From Candidatus Bathyarchaeota archaeon (GTDB lineage Archaea > Thermoproteota > Bathyarchaeia > Bathyarchaeales > Bathycorpusculaceae), in assembly GCA_963827165.1 (NCBI GenBank), contig CAWGZR010000004.1, positions 96,001-160,000 of the forward strand: a stretch of 64,000 nt of DNA, in the 5' to 3' direction. A program made the translations under genes and the position numbers. Below are positions 1 through 10,417 of this stretch, piece by piece; the stretch's first letter is position 1; every line of letters begins with the position of its first letter. Below the pieces are notes generated by a model. It saw only the letters and a program-made list of their open reading frames with translations. It was not told where the DNA came from and made no database searches.

Positions 1-60
1 GTGGCAGTTTATCAGCTAGGTCAACTGGTTTAAAGAAAAAACAGAGTAGTATTGCTGCTT

Positions 61-288
61 CTATGCGATTACCATTTCTTTTATTAAATGTACCTTCCGA
101 TAATTTGCAGTGAACTCTTCCCAAGATTTGTCTGAATCGTAATAGGCTTCAATAGTAGGGTCAAATGAAGAATTCTGATGACAATTATCACAGGATGCGA
201 TTATTATTTTCTCATATGTTTTCCGATGAAATGTCAAATTTTGTTTACCACAATTAGGGCAAGAATAGAATTTTTCTGAAAGTAACAA
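61..288 (-). CDS. Small zinc-ribbon protein, Elf1-like
   Basis: 75-aa ORF with CPNC...CDNC, size and spacing similar to the Elf1 family. Confidence 0.45.
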   Translation of the reverse strand: MLLSEKFYSCPNCGKQNLTFHRKTYEKIIIASCDNCHQNSSFDPTIEAYYDSDKSWEEFTANYRKVHLIKEMVIA

Positions 289-423
289 AACATCACTCTT
301 CTACTTTCTTAATATTTAAGAAGAGTAGTTAACTGTTTGCTACATAAATCAGAGAGCACATGTTCGATTCGATAATTTTATCTCTCTATAAAGCACCAAC
401 AAATTGGCATTACTTCCATGCAG

Positions 424-861
424 TTAGTTTCTAATTTGAAGGAGTCTTTTTTCAAAACAAATTTTGCAAAGTCTACGCTTGCACTTCATTCTGCTGTATT
501 GTTCGAATTCTTTGTGGCAACAACTGCAAAACAATTGAGGTCTCTCTAACTCAAGAGCCTCAAGTCTCTTTTTGAGCTCTACTTTGACTTTTTCATCATT
601 CTCTTGCTTGAGTGCATCCTTTAATAAATCAATGGCTAACTCAGAACTTTTCTGCCCAAATATTCTGCCGAATTCACTTAGAGGCTTTCCTGAGTCAAAG
701 ATTTTTTTAGGCAAGATGCACACAAAGTTTGCCGGGTAACCGCTCAGCTTATGAGGGTCGATAACTGCAAAGCGATATCTTCTCGACCAAGCATTTTTGT
801 AGTTGGGCTCAAAGACGACCTGTAACTGATAATCGGACACCATATTGACACTTAGAAACAT
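424..861 (-). CDS. Hypothetical protein with C-terminal zinc ribbon
   Basis: 145-aa ORF ending CSCC...CKIC. Confidence 0.55.
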   Translation of the reverse strand: MFLSVNMVSDYQLQVVFEPNYKNAWSRRYRFAVIDPHKLSGYPANFVCILPKKIFDSGKPLSEFGRIFGQKSSELAIDLLKDALKQENDEKVKVELKKRLEALELERPQLFCSCCHKEFEQYSRMKCKRRLCKICFEKRLLQIRN

Positions 862-948
862 TCAAAACATGAATTTGCCTAATATTGCTTGTCAACGTAT
901 AATCTATAGAGCTTTATTGATTATTGTTGCAATGGCCCAAAATACATG

Positions 949-1275
949 TTAAATCGGGATTGCTCCCTGCAGGACTTTTTTTGTTAATGATTGACTTAGA
1001 TAACTCTTCGATACCAAGTTCACTACCGTACCGAGTTTGTTTTGTAGAAATTTAGCTAGTTGACATAATTCTGTGGAGTCTAATGGTTCAGTGTATGTAA
1101 CTAACAAGCTAATTTCACTTTCCTCATCGGCTTCACCTTTTGCGTAACAACCAAACAAGTCTATGGTAGCTACGTTGAAGTGCTCAACTAAGAAGGATTT
1201 CGATTCACGTAATTTCTGGATGATTTCTTCCTTATCTTGCGTAAGTCCGTCTCCTTCTCCACAAAATACTCGCAT
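949..1275 (-). CDS. Minimal nucleotidyltransferase (MNT)-like protein, degenerate, no HEPN partner
   Basis: LFGCYAKGEADEESEISLLV resembles the MNT motif FGSyaRGe..SDiDllV, with the catalytic Asp residues altered. Confidence 0.65.
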   Translation of the reverse strand: MRVFCGEGDGLTQDKEEIIQKLRESKSFLVEHFNVATIDLFGCYAKGEADEESEISLLVTYTEPLDSTELCQLAKFLQNKLGTVVNLVSKSYLSQSLTKKVLQGAIPI

Positions 1276-1338
1276 TCAATTAGCTTAAAAACTTGTTTAA
1301 GGAAAATGTGAATCTTGATGGAATAATGAAGGGAGAAT

Positions 1339-1797
1339 TTACTTCACAAGATTATAAGCGAACTCTTCTGCCAGTTTGAGGTCTTCAACGTTTGGTCTGT
1401 TTTTGTTTAATCCACCGACCACCTTAAAAAATTTGTTAGTGTTTAGACCAGCACAGTTAAACTCATCAACAATTTCATAGCCTTTATGTTGCAATTTTTC
1501 CCTAAGTGTTGAATGGTCTTTAGTAAGTTTCTTTTCTCCTGTCATTCCACTTGTTGAGAAAATGAATGCTTTCTTGTTGGTGACTTGAGGGAGTTTATCT
1601 GCAAGGGCAAGTAGAGTCTCGTGGTGTTTTCCATCGTATATTCCTGACCCAAAACCTACCAAGTCGTATTTTTGAGGCTTTTGGGGGTGAGTATGTTGTG
1701 CTGGCTTTATCTTTGCATTGAGAGCTTTCGCCATAGCCTCCGCTACTTTTTGAGTGTTGTTATGATGGTAAGAATAAAAGACTATCAAAGACTTCAT
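1339..1797 (-). CDS. Flavodoxin family protein
   Basis: FYSYHHNNTQKVA and GFGSGIY motifs; start placed at MKSL (1797). Confidence 0.8.
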   Translation of the reverse strand: MKSLIVFYSYHHNNTQKVAEAMAKALNAKIKPAQHTHPQKPQKYDLVGFGSGIYDGKHHETLLALADKLPQVTNKKAFIFSTSGMTGEKKLTKDHSTLREKLQHKGYEIVDEFNCAGLNTNKFFKVVGGLNKNRPNVEDLKLAEEFAYNLVK

Positions 1798-2122
1798 GGT
1801 ACAACCCTTTAGAAATTGAGTTGGACTACGATACATAAGAGATTTACATGCATAATCTCTATATCTCTACTAAACCACTTCACCCAAATTACACAAATAG
1901 GTAAAATAATTAGACTACTTGACGGTGCATTAACTATAAAGATAACGCAAAAAAGGCGGTTTTCGCTGATTACCTTTTAGAGCTTTCACTCTGAGAAGCC
2001 TGCTCTGCACACATAAATCCCTATCCAAGGTTATCTCATGCCGAGAAAGACCAAATAAATATTGATTGGGTAGCGTGGTTCAGGCTTCCAGTGAAAGCAT
2101 CTAATTTAATTCACCACGTTTG

Positions 2123-2377
2123 TTAGTTTATCGTTTTAGCTGCTTCTCTATTTCGTTGGACGTTGCGGTTCTTTCGTGCTTTTTGCCAAACTGTAAAGGT
2201 CATAAGAGCCAGCACAAGTACGACTACGATTATTGGAGCTAAGTATGTGGAATTGCGCAGAAAATATGCGACCGCTAAGATGATGACTACGCCCAGCGCC
2301 AGCACGGGGGAATCGCCTACTAAGAAGTCCTTCCAGAACTCAAAGAAGCCTTTTACAGCTTTCCAGACTGAGTTCAC
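2123..2377 (-). CDS. Small two-TM membrane protein coupled to the upstream membrane gene
   Basis: FWKDFLVGD followed by two hydrophobic helices; 4-bp overlap with 2374..3141. Confidence 0.6.
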   Translation of the reverse strand: MNSVWKAVKGFFEFWKDFLVGDSPVLALGVVIILAVAYFLRNSTYLAPIIVVVLVLALMTFTVWQKARKNRNVQRNREAAKTIN

Positions 2378-3141
2378 TGTGGGAAAGCCTCCGCTTCAGC
2401 TTTGCGAAGCCTTTCAAAGTATGTTATCAAACCGATTGTTGACAGGAAAATTATTGCCAACAGCACCAGCAGGAACGCGTCGCCCATCGGCCACATTACG
2501 CCGACTCCTTCGCCCATCCAGAACATACCAAAAACCGTGAGCAAGCAACCTACACCCAACTTCATGTAGTTTTCAGGCACTCTGGTTAACGGCTTAGCAA
2601 GCGCCGCGGCGACCGCCACCATCACGGCAACACCGACAAAAGCCCCTAAAGAAGCAGTCACAAGTTGATTCCCACTTCGAGTCGCCAGGCCAAAACTGAT
2701 GACGATCATGACGACTTCCATGCCTTCCAAAAGCACGCCTTTGAAGCTGACCGCAAATCCCAAGGAATCCCTTTTCCCTTTGATTCCCGCGTCTTTAGAT
2801 AGAACCGCAACTTCTTTGTCGTAAATGTCGTGTTCGTTATGCTCTGCTTTGAAGCCTGTTTGGCGCAGTATAGCTTTTGTCAGCCACTGCAACCCAAAAA
2901 TAAGCAGCAGCATACCTACGACTGTTCGCAAAATGTAAAGTGGGACATAATTGATCAGGGCGGTGCCGACTGCCAAAACAATTAAGGCTAAGATAGCTAA
3001 AGCAAGCGCCGCACCTTCAAAAGTGGAGCGCCAACCCCTTGTAATACCTGAAGCGAGCAGGATAGTTAGAGCCTCAGTTGCTTCAACCGCACTTGCCACC
3101 GCCACCGTAATAAACAACAGAACCGTACTTTGATCAATCAT
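2374..3141 (-). CDS. COG4280-like (GDT1/LysE-type) membrane protein, possible metal transporter
   Basis: Two internal repeats (VEATEALTI, LLEGMEVVMI), about 6-7 TM helices. Confidence 0.65.
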   Translation of the reverse strand: MIDQSTVLLFITVAVASAVEATEALTILLASGITRGWRSTFEGAALALAILALIVLAVGTALINYVPLYILRTVVGMLLLIFGLQWLTKAILRQTGFKAEHNEHDIYDKEVAVLSKDAGIKGKRDSLGFAVSFKGVLLEGMEVVMIVISFGLATRSGNQLVTASLGAFVGVAVMVAVAAALAKPLTRVPENYMKLGVGCLLTVFGMFWMGEGVGVMWPMGDAFLLVLLAIIFLSTIGLITYFERLRKAEAEAFPQ

Positions 3142-3318
3142 ACAAAATCAGAGTTCCCATGCAAGAATAGCGGTTCGGTCGGTTTTGCGCAGCCGTTTTG
3201 GTTTCACCGTTTCTCAGACGATCAAGTTCTGCCGCATTCAAATATAAGCGTTTCAGGGGTTTCTAAGAGAAATTGCCGAACAAACCGGATTTGGCGATTT
3301 GAAACAACACGCCTTTCC

Positions 3319-4938
3319 TTAGGGTTTCTTAAGTACATAAATCGCCGCTGCAAGTTCAGCAAACGCGACTGCAGCCATGGCTAAAAGTGAAAAATCGTGG
3401 TTAAACGTTGCAAGGAACCCCACCGCATAGACAAAAAGAGGAGCCAGTATGACCGCCACTCCGACAGTTAATTTTTCAAAGTCATTTAGCACCGAGGATA
3501 TTTTGCCTCTTGCAGCGTTTCTTAGGAAAAGTTTGATTTCAAAGATGCTTGCAGAAGCCACTGGCAGAATTATCAAGAATGGAATGAGGATGGCAGATGA
3601 CGAAGTTAACGGCTTAAAGAGTGATAAAACGGTTAAGGCTAAGGGTACGGGAACGTAGGTTGCGGTGGCTACGAGCGCTTTGGGAACAATGATTCTTTGG
3701 GAGTTAATTGGCAGTGTCTTGGTGTATTCTAACCCTTTTCCTTCGGAACTAAGTAGGGCGAGGGGCAGAAAAAGGGCGAAAACTGCGCCCAGCGATGTGC
3801 CGGTAAGCATAAGGGATGTTCTAAGGACGCCAATGTTGGAGTCAAGCAAGGTGATAATGATTGTTTCGAGAACGGGCAATGCGAAGAAGAAGGCGGTGGC
3901 GGGATTCCTAGAAGCCACTTTAAGATCTTTCGTAATGTAACCCAGTAATGGACCACGAGGATTAACAGAAAAATCTTTAGCCGTAACCCTCGCAGCGTTC
4001 ACACCAACACCCTGCGAAACGCGTCTAACGGTTCCTAAACTCCATTTTCCAGCGAAAAACGCAAGCGAAACGTACCCGACCATGGCAGCTGAAGACACAA
4101 ACAAGGTTGCGAATGTAACGGTGGAAACAGAAGCGGTTATGACGATGCCGGTTGAGAAGGGGTAAAGAAGACCGAGTAGTATGCTCCATACGTGCCCGGC
4201 GCCGAGCAGCGTGCTCTGCAGGTTAGGAACAATGTATAATGGGATGCTAAAAAGGAAACCAACGGCGACAAGCAGCAGACCCCACGTCAAAATGAAAAAC
4301 AGCCGCAGGACCGTGTTGGTTTTTGAGCGTCCTCCCCGCAGCATGTTCTTTTGGAATATTCTTGAAAACCAGAGCGCGACGGCAACGGCGAAAACCGCGT
4401 TCATTGCAGATGCTGCAAGCATGATTAGGGTTGCTATGGGAGAAGCCGTTAGGTATGCGACCAATATGACTTGGCTTACGATTGATCCGATTACCATGTA
4501 GTCAAAGGATCGGATAAAAGAAAACAATGTAACTAAAGAAAAATCATCCCGGTCAATGGGCATAGTTGAGAGCAGGGCTGAAGATTCGGGGCTCATAAAA
4601 GACGAAAGGGTCTGGATTGCATACAGTGCCGTGAAGCCGAAAGTAACTGCCAAGCTTAGCGAGATGGCGCTTGTTAATCCTAATCCTGGGCTTCCCAGAA
4701 ACAGCGAGGCAAATGGAGCTAACGAAACGATGACGTTGAAAAACGCAACGACGCCTTTGTCGAACTTGGCAATTCGCAACGCTCGCTTGGTTAATTCTAG
4801 GTCGTCTTGCGATTCTTTGCCTTGGCGGTCACGTCCAAACGCGCCCCACCACATCCGTCCCCGCTCATCAGCTAACGAACGGTAAATCATTTCGCGGTAG
4901 CATGTCTTGCTGAGACGCCAGGCTTCACTTAGGTTCAT
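3319..4938 (-). CDS. ABC-2 type permease
   Basis: About 12 TM helices; overlaps the ABC ATPase gene. Confidence 0.75.
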   Translation of the reverse strand: MNLSEAWRLSKTCYREMIYRSLADERGRMWWGAFGRDRQGKESQDDLELTKRALRIAKFDKGVVAFFNVIVSLAPFASLFLGSPGLGLTSAISLSLAVTFGFTALYAIQTLSSFMSPESSALLSTMPIDRDDFSLVTLFSFIRSFDYMVIGSIVSQVILVAYLTASPIATLIMLAASAMNAVFAVAVALWFSRIFQKNMLRGGRSKTNTVLRLFFILTWGLLLVAVGFLFSIPLYIVPNLQSTLLGAGHVWSILLGLLYPFSTGIVITASVSTVTFATLFVSSAAMVGYVSLAFFAGKWSLGTVRRVSQGVGVNAARVTAKDFSVNPRGPLLGYITKDLKVASRNPATAFFFALPVLETIIITLLDSNIGVLRTSLMLTGTSLGAVFALFLPLALLSSEGKGLEYTKTLPINSQRIIVPKALVATATYVPVPLALTVLSLFKPLTSSSAILIPFLIILPVASASIFEIKLFLRNAARGKISSVLNDFEKLTVGVAVILAPLFVYAVGFLATFNHDFSLLAMAAVAFAELAAAIYVLKKP

Positions 4939-5743
4939 TCTTGAAGAATGCCTCCCTGAGCATCCTCATCGTGTCGGCGACTTCGTCTTCTTCATGCGTC
5001 AACTTGAGGAAGACCTCTTCTAGCGTACCGTCCTTGCCATCTGTTTTGCTTCTGAGCTCAGCCAGGGTTCCTTCAGCTATTACTTTGCCTTGATAAATTA
5101 TACCGATTCTATTGCAGACCTGCTGAGCAACCTCCATGATGTGAGTTGAAAACAGAACGGCGCCGCCTTTTTGCGCATGAATCGCAACCAGCTCTTTGAC
5201 TATTCGGCTGCTTTTAGCGTCTAGACCGTTGAGGGGTTCATCTAGCAATAGGACGGGGGGTTGATGGATAAGTGAGGCGATCAGGGCGACTTTTTGCTTC
5301 ATGCCCAGCGACAGGGTTGCGATGGGCGAGTCAAAATATGGGGCCATGTCAAAAGCTGAGGCAAGTTGAGCGGTTAATTCGTTGGTGGATGCTCTGTCGG
5401 TTTTCCTGATGGATGCAACAAACTCGAGAAAATCCCGGGGCGACAAGGAATCGTAAACTATGGGGTTTTCGGCGACGTAGCCGATTTTTGATTTAACTTC
5501 GATGGGGTTTTTCGCAGGATCCAAGCCTACGACTTTGATCCAGCCGGAAGTTGGCTCTTGCAAACCTAGGATTGTTTTGATGGTTGTTGTTTTGCCTGCG
5601 CCGTTGGGTCCCAGCAGTCCGTAAACTTCTCCAGGCATTACACGTAAATTCACATTCGACAAGGCTTGAAATGAGCCGAATTGCTTGGTAAGATTGGATG
5701 TTTCAATCAGGGGCTCGGAGGATGAGCTAAATGTTTTTTGCAA
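4925..5743 (-). CDS. ABC transporter ATP-binding protein
   Basis: GPNGAGKTT, LSLGMKQ, LLLDEP, H-loop STH. Confidence 0.92.
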   Translation of the reverse strand: MQKTFSSSSEPLIETSNLTKQFGSFQALSNVNLRVMPGEVYGLLGPNGAGKTTTIKTILGLQEPTSGWIKVVGLDPAKNPIEVKSKIGYVAENPIVYDSLSPRDFLEFVASIRKTDRASTNELTAQLASAFDMAPYFDSPIATLSLGMKQKVALIASLIHQPPVLLLDEPLNGLDAKSSRIVKELVAIHAQKGGAVLFSTHIMEVAQQVCNRIGIIYQGKVIAEGTLAELRSKTDGKDGTLEEVFLKLTHEEDEVADTMRMLREAFFKNEPK

Positions 5744-5887
5744 CCAACCATCGCCTGCTTGGGAACCAACCTCTAGTCTTGTGGGTAAACAAATTATATC
5801 TTACTAATCCTCAATCCACAAATCCTCAAGAGTTTACTGCCAACCTGTTCTTCTGGCTAGCTAGATTCCTAATCTTTAGGTGTCGTT

Positions 5888-7165
5888 CTATTCGCTTAGC
5901 ATTTGTACTCCGTCGATTTGGCCATTGTCTGCGAAGATGCCGACGGTGACTTCATTTACGGCACCTGGATAAACCCTGTCAAGGCCAAGTATCACGTACC
6001 AGTAGGGGATCAGAGCGTCGGAGCCGGTTCGAGGATGCGGAACCATCTGAACTGAAATGGGCGTATCAAGAACCGGAAAATCCGTGTATTTTGTTCCGTT
6101 GAAATTCCAAGTCAAGGTTGAAACATAGTTTTTAGACATGGTGACCGCTTCCGACTGTGAAATGGTCAAATCGGTGCTTCCCACGGTGAACAGATAGTAG
6201 CCATCAGTCATAGTAATGAGGATGTTGTTCTGGAATTCCATCATTACGCCTTTAGCCTGATAGTCTATACCGTTCTGCGTGTACATCCACATGAACTCTG
6301 TGTCGCCGCCTGAAACGGTTATTTGAAGCGTCATGTTACCCTGCGTAACTGATGTAGGGCCGCTTGCATTTACAGCGTCTATAAGGTTAGCCATCTGGCT
6401 AAGATACGGAAAGCCAGTGAATGCCTGATACCGCTCAAGCACACCTTTGGCGGCTTGCACAACGTCATTGGGCTGGGTCTCCGTGAAAACAGGTGAGCTT
6501 TCCCCCATGTCAAGTTGGTAACGACTGAACTCATTATTTCTGAACCGCAGGTCAACATTAAAGGTATATGGTCCATTTGTTAAAGAATATGTGAGCAATT
6601 CCTCAGCCGCATCAAGTTCCGTGTTATACTGAAGAGTGTTACTGAGCAGAGAAACCGTGTATTGACTTGTGTCTATTTGAGTTACGTTCTGCAGAAAATC
6701 AGCCACTTTATTGGTGCCTATCCCCCAGGAAAGCAACTGCTGGTTTTCCGCAGCTAAGGCATTTTGTTTGCTGGACAGGTGATTCATAGACGTATATTCG
6801 ATGGTAGAAATGCTGGCTAAAATCAAAACCGCAACTAGCAGCACTGAAACCGCGGCTTTCCATTTAAAAGACAAGTGAATTCTGCGTTTAGGCTCGATTT
6901 CCGGAGCATCTTCAACACCCTTCATAGCACTTACGGTAGCCAACCCGAAAGTTGACAGCTTATACTGCCCATTATCCATCTTGTTAACAAGGTCGCCGAG
7001 GCTTTCAAGATGATAAGTCAAATTAGAAGTAGAAATATCCAGCTCTCCAGCAATATCCATAAAAGTCATAGGTTTGAGGGAAAGCATACGTATAATTTTG
7101 CGGCGAACCGGATGCTTAAGCGACGAGAACATGGTCGAGTAGATTTCATCTTCTGAACTGGCCAC
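5888..7165 (-). CDS. Membrane-anchored ArsR-type winged-HTH regulator with large extracellular domain
   Basis: N-terminal LKHPVRRKII...LTYHL, single TM, polar C-terminal domain. Confidence 0.75.
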   Translation of the reverse strand: MASSEDEIYSTMFSSLKHPVRRKIIRMLSLKPMTFMDIAGELDISTSNLTYHLESLGDLVNKMDNGQYKLSTFGLATVSAMKGVEDAPEIEPKRRIHLSFKWKAAVSVLLVAVLILASISTIEYTSMNHLSSKQNALAAENQQLLSWGIGTNKVADFLQNVTQIDTSQYTVSLLSNTLQYNTELDAAEELLTYSLTNGPYTFNVDLRFRNNEFSRYQLDMGESSPVFTETQPNDVVQAAKGVLERYQAFTGFPYLSQMANLIDAVNASGPTSVTQGNMTLQITVSGGDTEFMWMYTQNGIDYQAKGVMMEFQNNILITMTDGYYLFTVGSTDLTISQSEAVTMSKNYVSTLTWNFNGTKYTDFPVLDTPISVQMVPHPRTGSDALIPYWYVILGLDRVYPGAVNEVTVGIFADNGQIDGVQMLSE

Positions 7166-7335
7166 TGAAGCACCCGCGTAAAGTACATGGTGGTCAATCC
7201 TTAAAAAGCATATTTAAAATAACCGTAAAAAAAGTTCAAGAAAATATTTGCGGAATTTACAGCCCGCATATGCGTTATATTTTTTTAAAAAAAACAAAAA
7301 AAGAAAGAAGTTGATTTTGTAGTCGTTTGTTCGCT

Positions 7336-10062
7336 TTATGGTTTCTTTCTGAGCATAATCAACGCGAGCACTGCGCCGATTATTATTACGACAATGATGA
7401 CTGCTGCGATACCGTATTCTAAGCTTGCAGTGGATGCTATGCTTGTGAGTGGTGTAGCAGTTGGTGCTGTAGTTGCTGGAGCGCTCATAATGTTAAAGCT
7501 GCTTTCTGAGGCTGATGGCCAGTAAGCGTATGTGCCGCCGAAGTGGGCATAGACTGTGTAGTTACCTGTGATGCTTGGTGTCCATGTTAGCGAATAATGG
7601 CCGCTCTCGTCTGTTGTGGTTGTGCCTACGACGTAGGTGTTGTGGTTAGAGTCAGTTACGCCTATTGTGACTGGAACGCCGACGAATGTGGCTGGTGCTG
7701 GTTGCTGCTGGTAAACGTATCCCATCCACTGAGTCATGATCGAGTCAGCTGCGCATGGAACTCCGTTTGCAAAGTTGCCTGCCTGTTCAGTTTGTTTTGT
7801 GCCTGCGGCTACATCCATTACTGTGCCCGATATGACTACGTTGCTTCCAAGGGTTGTGGCCTGTGGTCCAGCGTTGACTGTTGTTGAGCTTGGTCCTCTG
7901 CCGACGCTGTAGATCTGGTTGTCGTAGCCGTTGAACATTATTGAATAGCCGTCTGCGATTGCGTAGCTATTTGTCAGGAATTCGCCTGTGTAATCGGAAA
8001 GTGCCCAGATTTGTAGTCCGGTTGTTGCGTTGATGCCGCGTGATACTGCGCCTTTGAAAATCGGTGTTTCTTCAGTGTGTTCGGTTGTGACAGTGTATAT
8101 TACTCCTGAACCGATTGCATTTACGAATGTTGGGTAATTGCCGAAGGGAGTTTCAAGACCTGCATTTGTGCTGTTGTCTGATCCTACTGGGCCGTTGCCG
8201 AAGGTCCATAGTAGATTTCCAGTTAGATCGTTGTAGCAGTAGAGTATTCCTGCGTAGGCGGTGCTGTAGATGTTGCCGTAAGCAATTGCGTCGCTTATAC
8301 TGCCTGACCCGTCTGAGCCATAATAGTCAAGTGACGCTTGTGGTACGGATGGTCCCCAAATTTGCTTGCCTGTATGCAAACTGTAGCCGACAAATTGAAG
8401 ACTTTCTCGGTAGTTTTCGACAAAGACGTTGTTAACAGGGTCGATTCCAGCCCACAGTACAGTAATGTTTCCTGCTGGTGGTTGAATCGTGTTTGACCAT
8501 ATCTGCGAGCCCAGTGTACCAGCGGTTGAGTTGAGGTTGATGCCGTAGTAAGTGTATGGAACGTCGCTTGATCCGCCAAAGAAGAGGTTTTCGCCAGTTG
8601 AGGGATAATTGCCAGCGCGCGCAAGCAATATGTCACCTTGGACACCTGCGGAAATAGTTAAGCCTGCTGCTGAGGATCCTATGAGAGCACCGTTGAGTGT
8701 TGCAGTGTTGAGCCACGGTATTGAAATGTTGAAGTCGTATAAGCTTGGTTCAAAAGTGGTTCCTACAGTGCCGCCTGTCCAAGCTCCATTGGTTATTGGC
8801 GGAGGTATAGTTGGCGTTGTTGATGGACCATTGTATAGGTTGTCCCAAAGCCTAGATGAATTCCATTCATACATGTACCAATTTGGCGCTGCTGCGGTTC
8901 CGTAGTTGTGGAGGGATATTGACAGATATTCGCCGTTCGGACCCAGCATTGATGTGCCCGAGGGAGGGCTCGTCATGTTAAAGAGTGCGGTTCCTGTGAA
9001 AGCATCATAGAAATTCCATTGACCAGATACACTAGCAACTAGCATTGGTGGCCAAACTCCGTGCTGATTGGCATCTTCCGGATCGTATACGTAGGCGAAA
9101 GATATTGCGGGCATGGTGGAGCTGATCCAGATTTGTTGTCCAGTTTGCAGGTTATAGCAGACGGTTGGTCCACTTGATGGTTCGGTTTGGCTGATTGGTT
9201 CTTTGAAGATGAGCATTCCGGAGACAATGATTGGATTTTGGAATTTTTGGTCGTATGCAGACCCTTCGGCGTAAGTGTTTCCAGGTATTGTGGTTGCAGT
9301 TTGTCCGACGACTCCTCCAGTGGTTAAGGGCAATGTCCACATAACGTGAGAAGTCAATGGTCCAACGTTTGTCGGTGAGCCGAATTCTTCCCCGTTGCCT
9401 CCCAAGTTAGGTCCGCCGCCGAGCGCTATGTAGCCAGGTGAACTGAAACCTAACCAGTTTGATCCGAGCGTGTACCAGGCGGTGTTTTCACCGTATATGG
9501 GTCGCGTCCAGTACGCTGTCGGAAGTGGTGTTTGTGGAAGTCCAGCTATTGGGTTTGTCTGAACAGTCAGGGTTGTCGATGCTGTTGCTGATGTATAGGT
9601 ATCGTTTATGAGTGCTGAGGCGGGATCGTTGGCGGATGTTACTGTTGTCGCTGGAAAGTTGAAGGTGAGAGTGTACGTGCCGGTCGTGGTTGGAGTGAAG
9701 AAGTAGTCGTAGTCAGATGTTGTGCTTTCAACGAGACCTAAGGTTTCCGTTGTGTTTGTACCATCTGGAGCAGTAATAACGAGTACCCAACTTGGATCGG
9801 TGGCAGTTCCTTCGCTGAATCGATAATTATTGGGTATTTCGGCATTGTTCCCGAAAATTACTTGAACCCACATGATAATTTCGACGCCTTGACCGACGCC
9901 TGTAGGATTGGGTGCCGCACTGATGTATGCATACGTTGGAATATCATACGCCGCGTGAACAGCTGGAATTAGAATCATTGAAGCGGTCATTGAAAATGCT
10001 AAGACTATCGTGATGGCAATAGCAAGAGTTCTGTTTTTACTAATTTGCAATTTTTTGTTCAT
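7336..10062 (-). CDS. Large cell-surface protein with PQQ-like beta-propeller repeats
   Basis: Signal peptide, repeated TG..xW motifs, Thr-rich linker, C-terminal TM plus RKKP. Confidence 0.75.
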   Translation of the reverse strand: MNKKLQISKNRTLAIAITIVLAFSMTASMILIPAVHAAYDIPTYAYISAAPNPTGVGQGVEIIMWVQVIFGNNAEIPNNYRFSEGTATDPSWVLVITAPDGTNTTETLGLVESTTSDYDYFFTPTTTGTYTLTFNFPATTVTSANDPASALINDTYTSATASTTLTVQTNPIAGLPQTPLPTAYWTRPIYGENTAWYTLGSNWLGFSSPGYIALGGGPNLGGNGEEFGSPTNVGPLTSHVMWTLPLTTGGVVGQTATTIPGNTYAEGSAYDQKFQNPIIVSGMLIFKEPISQTEPSSGPTVCYNLQTGQQIWISSTMPAISFAYVYDPEDANQHGVWPPMLVASVSGQWNFYDAFTGTALFNMTSPPSGTSMLGPNGEYLSISLHNYGTAAAPNWYMYEWNSSRLWDNLYNGPSTTPTIPPPITNGAWTGGTVGTTFEPSLYDFNISIPWLNTATLNGALIGSSAAGLTISAGVQGDILLARAGNYPSTGENLFFGGSSDVPYTYYGINLNSTAGTLGSQIWSNTIQPPAGNITVLWAGIDPVNNVFVENYRESLQFVGYSLHTGKQIWGPSVPQASLDYYGSDGSGSISDAIAYGNIYSTAYAGILYCYNDLTGNLLWTFGNGPVGSDNSTNAGLETPFGNYPTFVNAIGSGVIYTVTTEHTEETPIFKGAVSRGINATTGLQIWALSDYTGEFLTNSYAIADGYSIMFNGYDNQIYSVGRGPSSTTVNAGPQATTLGSNVVISGTVMDVAAGTKQTEQAGNFANGVPCAADSIMTQWMGYVYQQQPAPATFVGVPVTIGVTDSNHNTYVVGTTTTDESGHYSLTWTPSITGNYTVYAHFGGTYAYWPSASESSFNIMSAPATTAPTATPLTSIASTASLEYGIAAVIIVVIIIGAVLALIMLRKKP

Positions 10063-10417
10063 TTTTCTCTTTTCCTCTATTTTTTAATTTTTGGTCAGGA
10101 AAAAGCAAATTTGATAAAACACTCTTCAAAGAAGAGTGACTAATATCAAATGACAACTACCTTTATCCTAACTGCTCAAAATTATTCTCTTTCGGGGCTA
10201 AAATAGTTTATGCCAAATGAATTTTTAGTTCTAAATTAGCAACTACTATCAGTTTGTGATTGGAAAAGTTAGTTCAGAGAGAGTGACAAAAACAAATCTA
10301 AGAAAATGATTCAAACGCGTAACTTCATCGGAATAATCGGCATAAGCATGTCAAATTGTTTTAATAACACGGTTTTCAATAGTTACGAACGCTCAGTTTA
10401 GAGGCATAGAATAGTTA

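Noticed and set aside
3142-3250. Possible metal riboswitch upstream of the COG4280-like gene
   Set aside because: I could not match NiCo or yybP-ykoY consensus elements by eye.
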